A stretch of DNA of 64,000 nucleotides from an uncultured Gemmataceae bacterium (GTDB lineage Bacteria > Planctomycetota > Planctomycetia > Gemmatales > Gemmataceae), in the NCBI GenBank assembly GCA_963750165.1, contig CAVVPN010000011.1, positions 1,536,001 through 1,600,000 on the forward strand. Reading direction: 5' to 3'. Below, one piece after another: positions 28,736 to 40,020 of the stretch. The position numbers were made by a program, and so were the translations under genes. Numbering within the stretch: position 1 is the stretch's first letter; each line of letters opens with the position of its first letter. The notes beneath the pieces are model-generated. The model saw only the letters and a program-made list of their open reading frames with translations, searched no databases and was not told the DNA's origin.

Positions 28736-30478
28736 CAACCCACAACGGTAAACCCCGCGAGGTGGCGGCCTACGACTACCACGACGAGGGCGGCGAATTG
28801 CTGTTTCAGTCCGTCCGCTTTGAACCCGGCGACGACGGCGCCAGGAAGAAGTTCCGCCAGCGACAACCCGACGGACGCGGCGGCTGGGAGTGGAACCTCA
28901 AAGGGGTTCGGTTAGTCCCGTACCGCCTACCTGACCTGTACGCGGCCTCGGTTGATCGGCCCGTGTACGTCGTGGAAGGGGAAAAGGACGTTGAGAGCCT
29001 GCACGCCATTGGGATGCTGGCCACAACGAACCCGATGGGGGCGGGCAAGTGGAAGTCGGAGTACAACGACTACTTCGCCGGCCGGCACATCATCGTGTTT
29101 CCGGACAACGACGACCCGGGGCGCAAGCACGCCCAGGCCATCGCCAGGTCACTCGCCGGCGTGGCGGCGTCGGTCAAGGTGGTGGAACTGCCCGGCTTGT
29201 CCCTCAAGCAAGACATTACCGACTGGCTGCAAGCCGGCGGCACGAAGGAAGCGCTTTTGAAACTGGTGCTGGCCGCAGCCGCCTGGACCGGGGACGGTTC
29301 GGACGCTCGGCCGCCCGCCGGATCTGCGGGCAAGCGCGGGGCCAAGAAAGGACCGACCCAGGCTGAACAGCTGCTCGCGCTGGCGCGGGGTCCGGATTAC
29401 TTCCACACGGCGGACGGGCGCGGGTATGCCGTCCTCCAGGTGGAGGAGCAGCACCAGCAAGCCCACCAGGAGACGCACCCGATCCGTAGCAGCCAGTTCC
29501 GCAACTGGCTGGCGCGCCGCCTGTACCTAAAAACCGGGAAGGCCGCCTCCGCCGGCGTGCTGCAGGACGTGCTGGGCGTGCTGGAAGCCCAGGCCCGGTT
29601 CGAGGGGGGCGAGCGCGAAGTCTTTTGCCGGGTCGGCCAGGTCGGCAAGCGCGTCTACATCGACCTCGGCGACCCGAACTGGCGGGTGGCCGAGGTGGAC
29701 GCGGCTGGCTGGCGCGTACTGCCCATCTCGCCGGTTCGGTTCCGCCGTCCGCGGGGCCAGCTGGCACTGCCCATGCCGCAGCCGGGCGGCACCCTGGACG
29801 AGTTACGCCCCTTCGTCAACCACAACCGGGACAAGGAGGACTGGAAGCTCGTCGTGGCGTGGCTGGTCCAGGCCCTCTGCCCGTTCGGACCCTACCCGGT
29901 GTTGTGCCTGCACGGCGAGCAGGGCAGCGCCAAGAGCACCGCCTCGAAAATCCTCCGGTCGGTGACCGACCCGAGCGTGGCGCCGCTGCGCACCGCGCCG
30001 CGCGACGAGCGCGACCTCATCATCACGGCGAGCAACTCCTGGTTGGTCACGCTGGACAACCTGAGTTCTCTCGATGGCTGGCTGTCCGACGCCCTGTGCC
30101 GGCTGGCGACGGGGGGCGGCTTCTCGACCCGGCAGCTGTTCAGCGACGACGAGGAGATGATCTTCAACGCCCAGCGGCCCTGCCTGCTCAACGGCATCGA
30201 GGAACTTTCGTCCCGGCCCGACCTGCTGGACCGCGCCATTGTTCTGAACCTGCCTTCGCTCGACGAGCGCGAGCGGAAGGTGGAGCGGGAACTGTGGGAG
30301 CAGTTCGAGGCGATCCGCCCGCGCGGCTTCGGCGCCCTGCTGTCCGCCCTGTCCGGCGCGCTGCGGCACCGCGGCGGGGTGAACCTCAAGGAGTTGCCGC
30401 GGATGGCAGACTTCGCCGTGCTGGCGACCGCCGCCGGGAGGGGACTGAGATGGGAGGACGATGCCTTCATGGCGGCAG
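28732..30478 (+). pseudogene. Toprim primase + P-loop ATPase replication protein, C-terminally truncated
   Basis: VYVVEGEKD, FPDNDDPG and LHGEQGSAKST motifs. Plausible protein ends at WEDDAFMAA and the frame then reads as nonsense. Confidence 0.8.
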
Positions 30479-30685
30479 TCCGACGCCGACGCGCTCGACC
30501 AGGCCGCGGCCATGATGGACCGCTTCAATCGCCTGTTCTTGCGCACGCTGCGGTCGCTGTGCGACCTGCGCCGCCGCGGCGGACCCGTCATCGTCCAGCA
30601 CGGGGGACAGTTGAACGTGGCGCAGCAGCAGGTGAATTTGAACGCTCAGCCGGCGAGCGCTACACCCCCTTCCAACGAACACTAA
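30470..30685 (+). pseudogene. C-terminal fragment of an element gene
   Basis: ALDQAAAMMDRFNRLFLRTLRSL...VIVQHGGQLNVAQQQVN; no proper 5' end. Confidence 0.55.
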
Positions 30686-31140
30686 TACCCGCAGGCATGC
30701 CGCACCATCGCTTGTTTCTCCGTGCAGCGGAACCCGGCGGCCTCGAACGCGGCAACAATCTCATCCCGGTGGGCGGGGTCCAGTTGGAGGAATGGCCCGT
30801 CGTGTACCGAGGATTCGACGGTGGCGTGCGGGATGGTCTTCGGCACCCACCTCGCCATGTCCCCGGCCGGCCAGGCGGGCCAGAGCCCGTCGCAGTAGCC
30901 GCCAAGCTGGCCGGAGTCGAAGGGGGCGTCCTTGCGGGGCGGCCTGTCCACCATGTCCAGCACCTCTTCCCAGGCGTCCCGCGGCAGTGCCTTGTGCAGT
31001 TCGCCCCAGGTTTTTGCCGTCGCCAGGGCTTCGTGGATCGCGAACAGTTTCGTGGCCTGCTTGCGCGGCAGGAACACCAGCGAATCGTCCACCACCCCGA
31101 ACACTAGGTCGCGCCGGTCGTCGTCGCTGAGTTCGGACAT
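30682..31140 (-). CDS. hypothetical protein downstream of mod
   Basis: MSELSDDD..., 152 aa, AAAGGGGA RBS; same strand as the R-M operon. Confidence 0.7.
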   Translation of the reverse strand: MSELSDDDRRDLVFGVVDDSLVFLPRKQATKLFAIHEALATAKTWGELHKALPRDAWEEVLDMVDRPPRKDAPFDSGQLGGYCDGLWPAWPAGDMARWVPKTIPHATVESSVHDGPFLQLDPAHRDEIVAAFEAAGFRCTEKQAMVRHACGY

Positions 31141-31178
31141 CGGTTCCCCTTTCGCTACCGGGCCGCGCGAGTGAAAAA

Positions 31179-33816
31179 CTACCCCCCGCCTTTGGCTGCC
31201 GGCACCGGGTAGACCTTCAGCACCTCGTCGCCGAAATGGTTGATGACCTTCACCGCGATCTTGCCCGTCTTCGGCGGGTCGAACGGCTGGCTCGTCGCGC
31301 TGTACAGCTTCGACCACTCGCCCTCGTCGATCTCCGCCCGCAGCGCCTTCTTCAGCTTGTCATAGGGGCCTTCGGTGTCCTTGCCGCCGTACAGGAAGTA
31401 GGCGTGCCGCACGAAAAAGCTCTGGCCGTCGTAGTCCGTGTCGATGAACCAGCACGCGATGTCGTCGGTGTCGCCGGTGCGCACCGCCCCCGTGCTGGGG
31501 TCGAACACGTCCACGCCGCGGATCGTGACCGTCACCTTGCCGCCCTTCGTCGTCGTCAGTTTCAGGTCCGGCTCGCCGAACACGGTGAACAGGTTGCCGG
31601 CCCCGGTCTTCTTCAGCAGTTCGTCGCCCATCGCCAGGTCCGGGTTCATCCGCACCGGCAGCACGGCCAGCTTGCCGAGTTTGATCTCCTTCGTGAGTTC
31701 CGCGGTCTGCTCGTGGACACTCGCCTCGAACGCGAACGCGCAGCACGAGCAGCAGGTCGCACTTGCTGCCCTTGATCGCCTCCAGCGCCGCCTTCTTGAT
31801 GTCCGCGTCGCCGAGCGTGCCGAACTCCGGGCCGACGCACACGCGGACGGCCGCCCCGGTGTCGGTTTCGCCCTCGGCGTGAATGTGCTCGCCGGGGAAG
31901 TTGTCGAGCCGGGTGAAGGTGATCCGCTGCTTCTTGTCCGTCCCCTTCACGCCGGCTTTGCGGAGGTTGTCGAGGATCATCGGCCCGAAGTTCGCGGTCG
32001 GCGCGGGGGCTGCGGTCGCGTCGGGGGCTGGCGCGGCGGGCAAGCTGCGGTGCGGCGACAGGCTCTCGACGGTGAACGGCCCGGTCAGCCGCACGACGTT
32101 CTTGTCCTCGTAAGGCTGGTCGTACAGCGTTTCGGTGTCGGCGTGTTTGGCAATCGCCTGGTCGATCTGCTCGCGGGTCATCCCGGGCTGGATGTCGGGG
32201 TTGTTGGCGATGCTCTTGAGCGTGACGTGCGGCACGGTGCGGTACACGAACCCCTTGTGCATGTCGCGCTGCGGGGCGGGCGCGTTGGGGTCGGTCGGCG
32301 TGCCGGTCAGCTCGGCCTGCTTCTTGCGGCCTTCGGGCGAGTCGGCGAGCAGGTAGTAGGGGAAGCGGGCGGCCATCAGACGGGAGCGGGCCAGCGCCAG
32401 CGCGACGCGGGACGTGTCGATGGTGATCCAGCGCCGGCCCCACTGCTCCGCGACGTAGGCCGTCGTGCCGCTCCCGCACGTCGGGTCGAGGACAAGGTCG
32501 CCGGGGTCGGTCGCCATCAGGATGCAACGCTCGACAATTTTAGAGGCCGTTTGGACAACATAGGTTTTGTCATCCGTGCCCATTAAGTCGGACCAGATGT
32601 TCGTCAATTCAGTGACGGGAAAATCATCGAGGTAACGAATAAAGCGCGGAGTCGCACCTTGTGTGAAGATGCGCTTCGCCGCCGCCAACTTCATCATGTT
32701 CGGCAGCGTGGTAGACCACTGACGGTTTGGTGGAAGGCGAAATATCTTACCGTCCAACGTAAACTCGTACAGACAGGATTTTACACCGGCGTGCATTGTG
32801 TGAAGTGCCGTCGGCTGAAACAGTCGGTCGCCCTCTTGTAGCTGTTGTCCTCGTTTCAGAGAGCGGAATGTCCCAGACGCATCGCAGACATTACCGTACT
32901 GATCGGCTGTGCCTGAATCGAGTTTGTTCAGGAAGACGGATCGAAACTTTCGTTGTTCGCGGTTCTTGTAATACCACACGATGTAATCACACACAGTCGT
33001 TAAGCCACCCGAACCAAGCCCGCCTGTTTTTCGCACCGAAACGAGAGATGCGAAGTTGTCGCTGCCAAAAACCTCATCCAACAGCGAGCGCACAAGATGC
33101 ACGTTCTCGTCACTGATCTGGACGAAGATGCTGCCGCTCTCGGTGAGCAGGTCGCGGGCGGCGGCGAGGCGATCCCTCAGATAGCTCAGGTAGCTGTGGA
33201 TGCCGAGTTCCCAGGTGTCGCGGAACGCCTTGATCTGCTCGGGCTGGCGGGTCAGGTCCTCGGCCTTGGCGTCCTTCACGTCGCGCTTGCGGGTGCTCAC
33301 CTGCCAGTTGCTGCCGAACCGGATGCCGTAGGGCGGGTCGAAGTAGACGCACTGCACCTGGCCGCGCAGCCGCTCCTTCTCGGCGAGGCTGGCCATCACG
33401 AGCAGGCTGTCGCCGAGGATCAGCCGGTTCGTCCAGTGCTGGTCGTGCTGGTAGAACTCCAGTTTCTTCTGGAAGTCGTCCAGGCCGTTGAAGTCGCTGA
33501 ACAGGTCGGCGAGCGGTGCGCGCCGCTTCGCCCGCGCCTTCACGTCCTCGACGATGGCCCGCGGGTGGACCTTCTCCTGAACGTGCAGGGCCACGGCCGG
33601 CACCTCCAGGGGCTTCGCGTCCTGCTCGTCCTTGCCCTTCCAGACGAGCTGCGGGTCGAGCGAGCGGTCGCGGTGGACGACGAACGACTGCGGGCCGTCG
33701 TCGGCGGCGAACGCGGCGGTTTCGCGCGTGGGGATGTTCGGCCGCTTGTCGGCCGGGTGTTTGTGGGCATCGACCGGGACGGAGGCGGGCTTCGCGGTGG
33801 GATTCTTCTTGGCCAT
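31179..33816 (-). CDS. mod: type III R-M methyltransferase Mod (1-bp frameshift near 31744)
   Basis: NRLILGDSL, YFDPPYG and DPTCGSGTT motifs. C-terminus RMNPDL...IAVKVINHFGDEVLKV is in another frame. Confidence 0.9.
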
Positions 33817-33826
33817 CGGGGCACCT

Positions 33827-35008
33827 TCAGGGGGTAGGGGGTGGGGCCGCCGGCGCGCTGAGCGGGGCGTCCAGGAGGGCCAGCACCTCGTCCGCGCGGT
33901 AAATGCGGTTGCGTTTCTGGCCGGTGATTTCGCGGAGCATGCCGGCGTCGGCAAGCGTCGTCACGGTCTGGGCCGCCGATTTGAACGAAACGTCCATCAC
34001 TTCGGCGGCGTGGTTAACCGTGATGTAGGGAGACGCGAACAACTCCTCGACGAGCCGCTGAGGGGCGGCCGTGCGGATCAGGGCGCCGGTTCGTTCGCGG
34101 TACGATGCCTGCAAATCTTGCAGGCGCTGAACGCGCGTAATCGCGTCGCGGGCCTGCTCCGTGACGCCGCGGGCGAAGAACCCGATCCATTCGTTCCAGG
34201 CCGCCTGCCGGCTGACGTTCAGCAGGTGGTCGTAGTATTCGTCGCGGTGTTGCTCGAAGAACGCCGAGAGGTACAGCAGCGGCAAGGGCAGCACCTGGCG
34301 CTCGCACAGCATCAGGGTAATCAGGAGCCGCCCGACGCGGCCGTTGCCGTCGTTGAACGGGTGGATCGTCTCAAACTGGTAGTGCATCAGGGCGAGCTGG
34401 ACGATGACGGGCAGCGCCCGCTCGTCGCGCAGGAAGCGGACGAAGTCTTGGAGCAATGGTTCCAGGGTCGTGTGGCACGGGGGAACGAAACGGGCCGCAT
34501 CGAAGTCGTAGGTCCGGCCGATGAGCACGGGGCGGTCACGCACCTCCCCAGGCTTTTTTTCGTCGCCGCGCACCCTGGTGAGGAGGATGCGATGCACCTC
34601 GCGCAGCAGGTGGAGGGAGAAGGGATACCCGCTTCGGACGGACTGCAGGCCGTGCTCCAGTGCCAGAACGTAGTTCCGCACCTCATCCGCGTCGGAAGGA
34701 AGTGACAGTTCTTCCGGCTGGGCTTCAAACAGGAAGAGCTGGTCCAGGTTGGTGACCGTCCCCTCGATCCGGCTGGACAGAACGGCCTCGCGGCGGATGA
34801 AAGGCCGGATAAGCAGGTGCGGGTTGACAAGCCGACGCCCGGCCCCGGCCAACTCGCCAAGCGCCTGGTCGGCCGCCGAGAGCTGCGCCATCAACTCCAG
34901 GGTGGGCTGGAGCGCGGGCGGGAGGGGAGCCGGCGCGAAGGTCCAGTGCCCGAGGACAGAACGGACAATCCTCCCTGGCGCCTGCGGCGAGAACTCTTCT
35001 GGACGCAA
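33827..35008 (-). CDS. Fic family protein
   Basis: HPFNDGNGRVGR Fic motif; EAVLSSRIEG; C-terminal wHTH-like region. Confidence 0.93.
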   Translation of the reverse strand: MRPEEFSPQAPGRIVRSVLGHWTFAPAPLPPALQPTLELMAQLSAADQALGELAGAGRRLVNPHLLIRPFIRREAVLSSRIEGTVTNLDQLFLFEAQPEELSLPSDADEVRNYVLALEHGLQSVRSGYPFSLHLLREVHRILLTRVRGDEKKPGEVRDRPVLIGRTYDFDAARFVPPCHTTLEPLLQDFVRFLRDERALPVIVQLALMHYQFETIHPFNDGNGRVGRLLITLMLCERQVLPLPLLYLSAFFEQHRDEYYDHLLNVSRQAAWNEWIGFFARGVTEQARDAITRVQRLQDLQASYRERTGALIRTAAPQRLVEELFASPYITVNHAAEVMDVSFKSAAQTVTTLADAGMLREITGQKRNRIYRADEVLALLDAPLSAPAAPPPTP

Positions 35009-35140
35009 GTCAGCCCCCTATCAAGGGATTGAGCGTGTTTACCTAAACGCCAATAGTCCGGAATCAATTTACCCAAAACCACGCTTTGGGTAAATAGCAT
35101 CGACTGGCTGCGAAAGTTACCCAGTTTGACGAAAGTCCAC

Positions 35141-38100
35141 TTACGCCGCTGACTCGCGCAGTAGTTTGCGGATTTCCTGTTTGGTCTTGTGCAGGTTCGA
35201 GCCGTCGATTTCGAGGAACGCCCAGCGGCCGAACGAGCCGAGGTTGTTCACGCCCGGCACCCACAACGTCTTCACGGTCTGCACCTTCGCGTCCTTCTCC
35301 TTCTTCTTCTGCCCGGACACCTCCAGGATGAGGTTGAGCAGGTCTGTTGTCCCGCGGCCGTCGTCGAGCTTCACGATCAGGTCCGGGTAGTAGTTGCCGG
35401 CCCGGCCGTCACAGGTGTACGGGATGCGGAAACCGATGCCCTGGTTCTTGGCGTAGGCCCGCACCTCTGTCATCTCTTCGAGCTTCTTGCAGACGATGGT
35501 TTCCCAGTCGCTGTCCTGCGGCACCTGGTTGAGGTGGCACTTCGCCGGGTCGGTCGGCCAGCAGTCCTTGATGGTGTCGAAGGACACGCCCGCGGTGGTG
35601 CCGAGGAAATCAGCGGGGGGCAGCTCGGCGCGCAGTCGCTCGGCCCCGCCCGACGAGGCGATGATGGCGCGGGCGATCTTCTCGCAGACGGCGCTTTTCT
35701 TCTGGCCGAACACCAGCAGGCCGGGGAACGTGTCGTCGCCGTAGTCCACGTTCGGGGAGTCGCCGCCCTCCGGGTCGCCGAGCCAGGCGCGGACGATGCC
35801 GAGCAGCTGCGGGAACAGCCAGGCCCGGTCGGGGAAGTGGTGCCGCTGCAGGTGCGTGGCGAGCTGGAAGGCGACCGCCTGCGGGCGCAGCGCCCTGGTT
35901 TCTTCCAGCGTCATCTCCGCCTTCTCGCCGACAATCGGCGCGTCCAGGACGTGGGTCGGGATGTCCTGCGTGGTAACCACTTCGCGGTGGGTTTCGTCGA
36001 ACGTCGCCGTCAGCCGCTCGGCCGGCACGTCGAACCGATAGCCGAGGACGCGCGGGAACGTCACTTCGAGCCAGGGGGCGCCGGTCAGTCGTTCCGGCAT
36101 GGCGCGCACGGCCTTGCCCGGTTTGGGCGTGGCCGGGGCGCGCTCCTCGGGCAGCCCCGCGACCGGGAAGCCGCTGAACGGCACCCCGAAAATGTCCGCA
36201 TACTCCGGCGTCAGCATCCCGTCCGCATCGACGGCGTAACTCCGCCGCCGCAGCCCGCGGCCCATCACCTGCTCGCACAAGAGCCGCGTGCCGAAGGCCC
36301 GCACGCCGAGGATGTGCGTCACGGTCCTGCAGTCCCACCCCTCGGTGAGCATCGAGACGGACACCACGCAGCGGATGTGCTCGCCGAGTTTGCCGTTCTT
36401 GCCGACGGTGTTCAGCACCTCGCGCATCAGGTCTTCCTCGGTCAGCTTGTCCGCGTCGCGGCCGGGGAAGCGCCGCCGGTACTCCGCCTTGAAGTCCTCG
36501 ATCTGGTGCCGGGCGAGCTTCTTGAAGTCGTCGGACAGGCTCTCGCCGGATTCGAGTTGCCGGCTATCGACGAGGATCGTGTTCGGCTGGTGCCGCCAGC
36601 GCTGGCCCTGGGTGTTGTCGAACAGCGGCAGGGCGCCGGGGGCGACCACCGGCGCGCCGTCCGGGTGGAGGTGTTCGGTTTCGTAGCCCGCGATGAAGTC
36701 GAACAGCAATTTGCTGACGTTGGTGTTGTTGCAGACGACGATGAACACGGGCGGGGTGCTGCCGTTGGCCCGGCCTTCCTGGTCGGCTTCCCACTCCTTG
36801 AACTTCCGGTCGTAGTGCCCGTAGAGGCTCTTGAGCGCGGCTTCCAGCAGCCCCGGCAAGAGGGGCGGCTTGTGGGCGTCCTCCGGCCCGCGGCGCACGT
36901 CCTTCAGGCCATCGCGGATTTCGACCCACAGGTTGCGAAACTTCGGGTAGTCGCCGGTCATCGCGTTGTCGGCGATGGGCACGCGGGGGATCTTGACGAT
37001 GCCGCACTCGATGGCGTCCATCAGCGAGAAGTCGGACACGACCCAGGGGAACAGGTCGCCTTCGCGGTAGCCGGACCCCTTCAGATAGAAGGGCGTGGCG
37101 GACAGGTCGAAGACCGCTTTCACGCCGATCTTCTTGTGGACCGCCTCCAGCCCGGTGATCCACAGGCGGGCCTCCTCGGCGCGGGCCTTGGCCTCGGCCG
37201 CCTCCTCCCGGGTCATCTTCTCCTTGGCGGCGTTCGGGTTGCCCCGGTAGCAGTGGTGCGCCTCGTCGTTGATGACGATGATCTCGCGGTGCTTGCCCAG
37301 GTCGTTGCAGACGCGGTTCACCATCTCGTCGGGCGACTCGGTGAAGGCGCCGGGGTGGTTGGCGGTCAGGACACGCTTCGTCAGGCCACCGGCGTCGCCC
37401 TTCTCGCGGAGCCTGAAGGCGTGGAAGTTGGTGACGACGACCCGCGCCGTGCTCAGGTCGTCGCGGTACTCCGCCGGAACGATGTCGAACTCCTTGTAGC
37501 AGCTGTTCGGGTCGGACGGGAGCAGGACGCGGAGCCGGTCGCGGATGGTGATGCCCGGGGCGACGATGAGGAAGGCGTCGGTGAAGCGTTTGTCCTGGGA
37601 CGCGCGGCGCTTGTTGAGCACCTGCCAGGCGATGAGCATGGCCATCACGCCCGTCTTGCCGGTGCCGGTCGCCATCTTGCACGCGACGCGGAGCAGGTCG
37701 GTCCCCGCCTCAGCCGCCTTCTCCCGGAGGTGGTCCTCGATCCAGGCGTGGCCGTACCTGGTCTGCTTCGCCACCTCGGTGATGAAGATGAGGGTTTCCA
37801 CTGCTTCAAGCTGGCAGAAGAACAGCCGGCGGAAGCGGTCCTCCGCGTGCCAGTGTCTGAGCAGGGTGCGGGTGATCTCATTGGCGTCCGGCCAACCGAG
37901 GTCGCGCCACTGCCGGACTACCTGCCGGATGCGGTTGACGTGGCCGCATTCCGTTTCCTGCTCCTCCAGGTGGTCGAACAGTCCCGGGCCGGCCTTCTTC
38001 TTCGGCGCGGCAATGGGGAGGAAATAACTGCTGCCCCGCCGCCCCGGGTCGGTCTTGTTGAGGACCTGGCCGTTGGCGTCGAGCCGGAAGTGCCGGGTCG

Positions 38101-38152
38101 GCTCGCGGTAGGGCGAGTTCAGGATCGGGTTGTCGATGGTGGCTGGGGACAT
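35141..38152 (-). CDS. res: type III restriction endonuclease Res
   Basis: PILNSPY, MATGTGKT, NDEAHH, LSATP, MLTEGWD, QVMGRGLRR; C-terminal YYPD...LEVSG nuclease motif. Confidence 0.92.
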   Translation of the reverse strand: MSPATIDNPILNSPYREPTRHFRLDANGQVLNKTDPGRRGSSYFLPIAAPKKKAGPGLFDHLEEQETECGHVNRIRQVVRQWRDLGWPDANEITRTLLRHWHAEDRFRRLFFCQLEAVETLIFITEVAKQTRYGHAWIEDHLREKAAEAGTDLLRVACKMATGTGKTGVMAMLIAWQVLNKRRASQDKRFTDAFLIVAPGITIRDRLRVLLPSDPNSCYKEFDIVPAEYRDDLSTARVVVTNFHAFRLREKGDAGGLTKRVLTANHPGAFTESPDEMVNRVCNDLGKHREIIVINDEAHHCYRGNPNAAKEKMTREEAAEAKARAEEARLWITGLEAVHKKIGVKAVFDLSATPFYLKGSGYREGDLFPWVVSDFSLMDAIECGIVKIPRVPIADNAMTGDYPKFRNLWVEIRDGLKDVRRGPEDAHKPPLLPGLLEAALKSLYGHYDRKFKEWEADQEGRANGSTPPVFIVVCNNTNVSKLLFDFIAGYETEHLHPDGAPVVAPGALPLFDNTQGQRWRHQPNTILVDSRQLESGESLSDDFKKLARHQIEDFKAEYRRRFPGRDADKLTEEDLMREVLNTVGKNGKLGEHIRCVVSVSMLTEGWDCRTVTHILGVRAFGTRLLCEQVMGRGLRRRSYAVDADGMLTPEYADIFGVPFSGFPVAGLPEERAPATPKPGKAVRAMPERLTGAPWLEVTFPRVLGYRFDVPAERLTATFDETHREVVTTQDIPTHVLDAPIVGEKAEMTLEETRALRPQAVAFQLATHLQRHHFPDRAWLFPQLLGIVRAWLGDPEGGDSPNVDYGDDTFPGLLVFGQKKSAVCEKIARAIIASSGGAERLRAELPPADFLGTTAGVSFDTIKDCWPTDPAKCHLNQVPQDSDWETIVCKKLEEMTEVRAYAKNQGIGFRIPYTCDGRAGNYYPDLIVKLDDGRGTTDLLNLILEVSGQKKKEKDAKVQTVKTLWVPGVNNLGSFGRWAFLEIDGSNLHKTKQEIRKLLRESAA

Positions 38153-38239
38153 CGGCGCGCTCCGTCGGGGTGATGGTTGGATAGTGTAACCAAGCGTGCG
38201 ACGATTACAACAGGTGAGTAGCGAAACCCCAGCAGTATC

Positions 38240-39967
38240 GAGGCCATCAACAGCTTTGCAAGGCAGAATCCTGTGTGTTACAAAGGGGCGAGGAATTACT
38301 CCGCCGCTTCCGCCGCAAGGACAAGGCAGGATTTGCCATGCCGCGCCGTGAACTCTCTCCCGAAGTCCTCCAGGAAATCCGTGACCTCGCCGCCGGCTGG
38401 GGCAAAATCGTCGCCCGCCGCGCCTTCGGCGCCGACGGACCGGGCCTCGACACCGACTTCGACACCCTGGAGCAACTCGCCCGGGCCGCCGCCGCCGGCC
38501 TGACCGAAGGCGCCCTGGCCACGCTGCTCGAACAACAGGCCCAGGCCCTCGGGGAGCGACAGCCCTGTCCCGACTGCGGCACCCCGTGCCCCGTGCGGCG
38601 CGAACCCCGCACCCTGGCCTTCCCCGGCGGCACCCTCCCGCAGCGCGAGCCGGTCTGCCACTGCCCCGCCTGCCGGCGGGACTTTTTCCCCCCAGCGGCC
38701 CCCGCTCCGCCTGGACAGCCACGCCTACAGCCCGGCCGCCCGGCGCCTGATCGCTGAGGCGGCCGCCCGGCTGGGCTCCTTCGCCGACGCCGCCTACGCG
38801 CTGTCGTTGGCCGGCCTGGCCATCTCGCCGCAGCACGTGCGTACGCTCGCCCAAGAGGTGGGCGCCGACCTGGCGCGGCAGCGCGACGCCCGGGCCGCCC
38901 AACCGCGCCGGCGGCGGCCGGTGTGCGTGGCCCAGACCCCGCAGGTGGTGGCGGTCGAGGTCGATGGCGGCCGCCTGCGCACGCGCGCCACCGGCGCGGG
39001 GCCGGGCGTGCGCGGCTTGGAGAACAAGGAGGACAAGATCGCCTGCCTGGTCACGCTGACCGACGCGGCCGCGGACCAGGACCCGCAGCCGGAGCCGCCG
39101 CCGTCCTTCCTGCAACCGCGGCGGGTGGAGCGCCTGGTGCGGCAGATGGCCGGGCAAGCCGGGGACGGCCCGCCGGACTCGGCGGCGGCGCCGGAGACGA
39201 CGGCCGGCGCCGCGGCCGAGCCGGCCGCGGCCGAGCCGTGGGCACCCAAGAAGCGCTTGCGCACCTGCGTGGCCAGCCTGGCGGACAGCCAGACCTTCGG
39301 GCCGCTGGTGGCGGCCGAGGCGCAGGCGCGGGACTTCTACCGGGCGGCACGGCGGGCCTTCGTGGCCGACGGGGCGGCCTACAACTGGGCCCTCCAGCAG
39401 AAGCACTTCGCCGACTTCGTGCCGATCGTGGACTTCCTGCACGTGCTCTGCTACGTCTACGCGGCGGCGTTCGCGGTGGGCGCGGACGCGGCGGGACGGT
39501 GGGGGCAGTACGTGGCCTGGCTGCGGGCCTGCTGGCAGGGGCGGGTCGCGGAGGTGGTGGCGGCACTGCAGCAGTGGCAGGGGCGGGTGGGTCAGCCGCC
39601 GCCGGGGGCGGAGTTGCCGGCGACCGACCCCCGGCGGGCGGTGGCCGAGGCCTTGAGTTATCTGTCGCACAACGCCGCGCGGATGGACTACCCGCGCTAC
39701 CGCCGGGAGGGGTTGCCGATCACGAGCAGTCTGGTGGAGTCGCTGGTGGGGCAGTTCAACGCGCGGGTCAAGAGCCGCCAGAAGTACTGGAACCGCCCGG
39801 AGGGTGCCGAGGCCATCCTGCAACTGCGGGCGGCGCTGCTCAGTGAGGACGGCCGCTGGGAGCGCTACTTCGCCGAGCGGCCCGGGTCGCCGTATCGGCG
39901 CCACTCCAAAAGTGCCTGACCACCGGCGTCATCCCAGCCTTGGTCTCGCAAAGTTGTTGATGGCCTC
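38240..39967 (+). mobile_element. ISKra4-family-like insertion sequence, 1728 bp
   Basis: 20-bp terminal IRs GAGGCCATCAACA(G/A)CTTTGC. 9-bp target duplication AGCAGTATC at 38231-38239 and 39968-39976. Confidence 0.9.
38338..39919 (+). CDS. DDE transposase in two frames (orfA/orfB, TTTTTCCCCCC slippery site at 38683-38693)
   Basis: CPDC/CPAC zinc finger, then VEVDGG, VADGA, VDFLH and SSLVES (Mutator/IS256-like DDE). Confidence 0.85.
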
Positions 39968-40020
39968 AGCAGTATCAGTTGGCAAGGCAGGGGGCGGGCG
40001 CCGCCCCCTGCCGTCCACCA

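Noticed and set aside
30479..31107. C-terminal third of the 954-aa ORF
   Set aside because: Read-through past a deletion junction, overlapping the real minus-strand gene 30682-31140.
38153..39904. 584-aa N-terminal extension of Res in the 1587-aa ORF
   Set aside because: It is the antisense shadow of the IS transposase; Res homology starts at MSPATIDNPILNSPY (38152).
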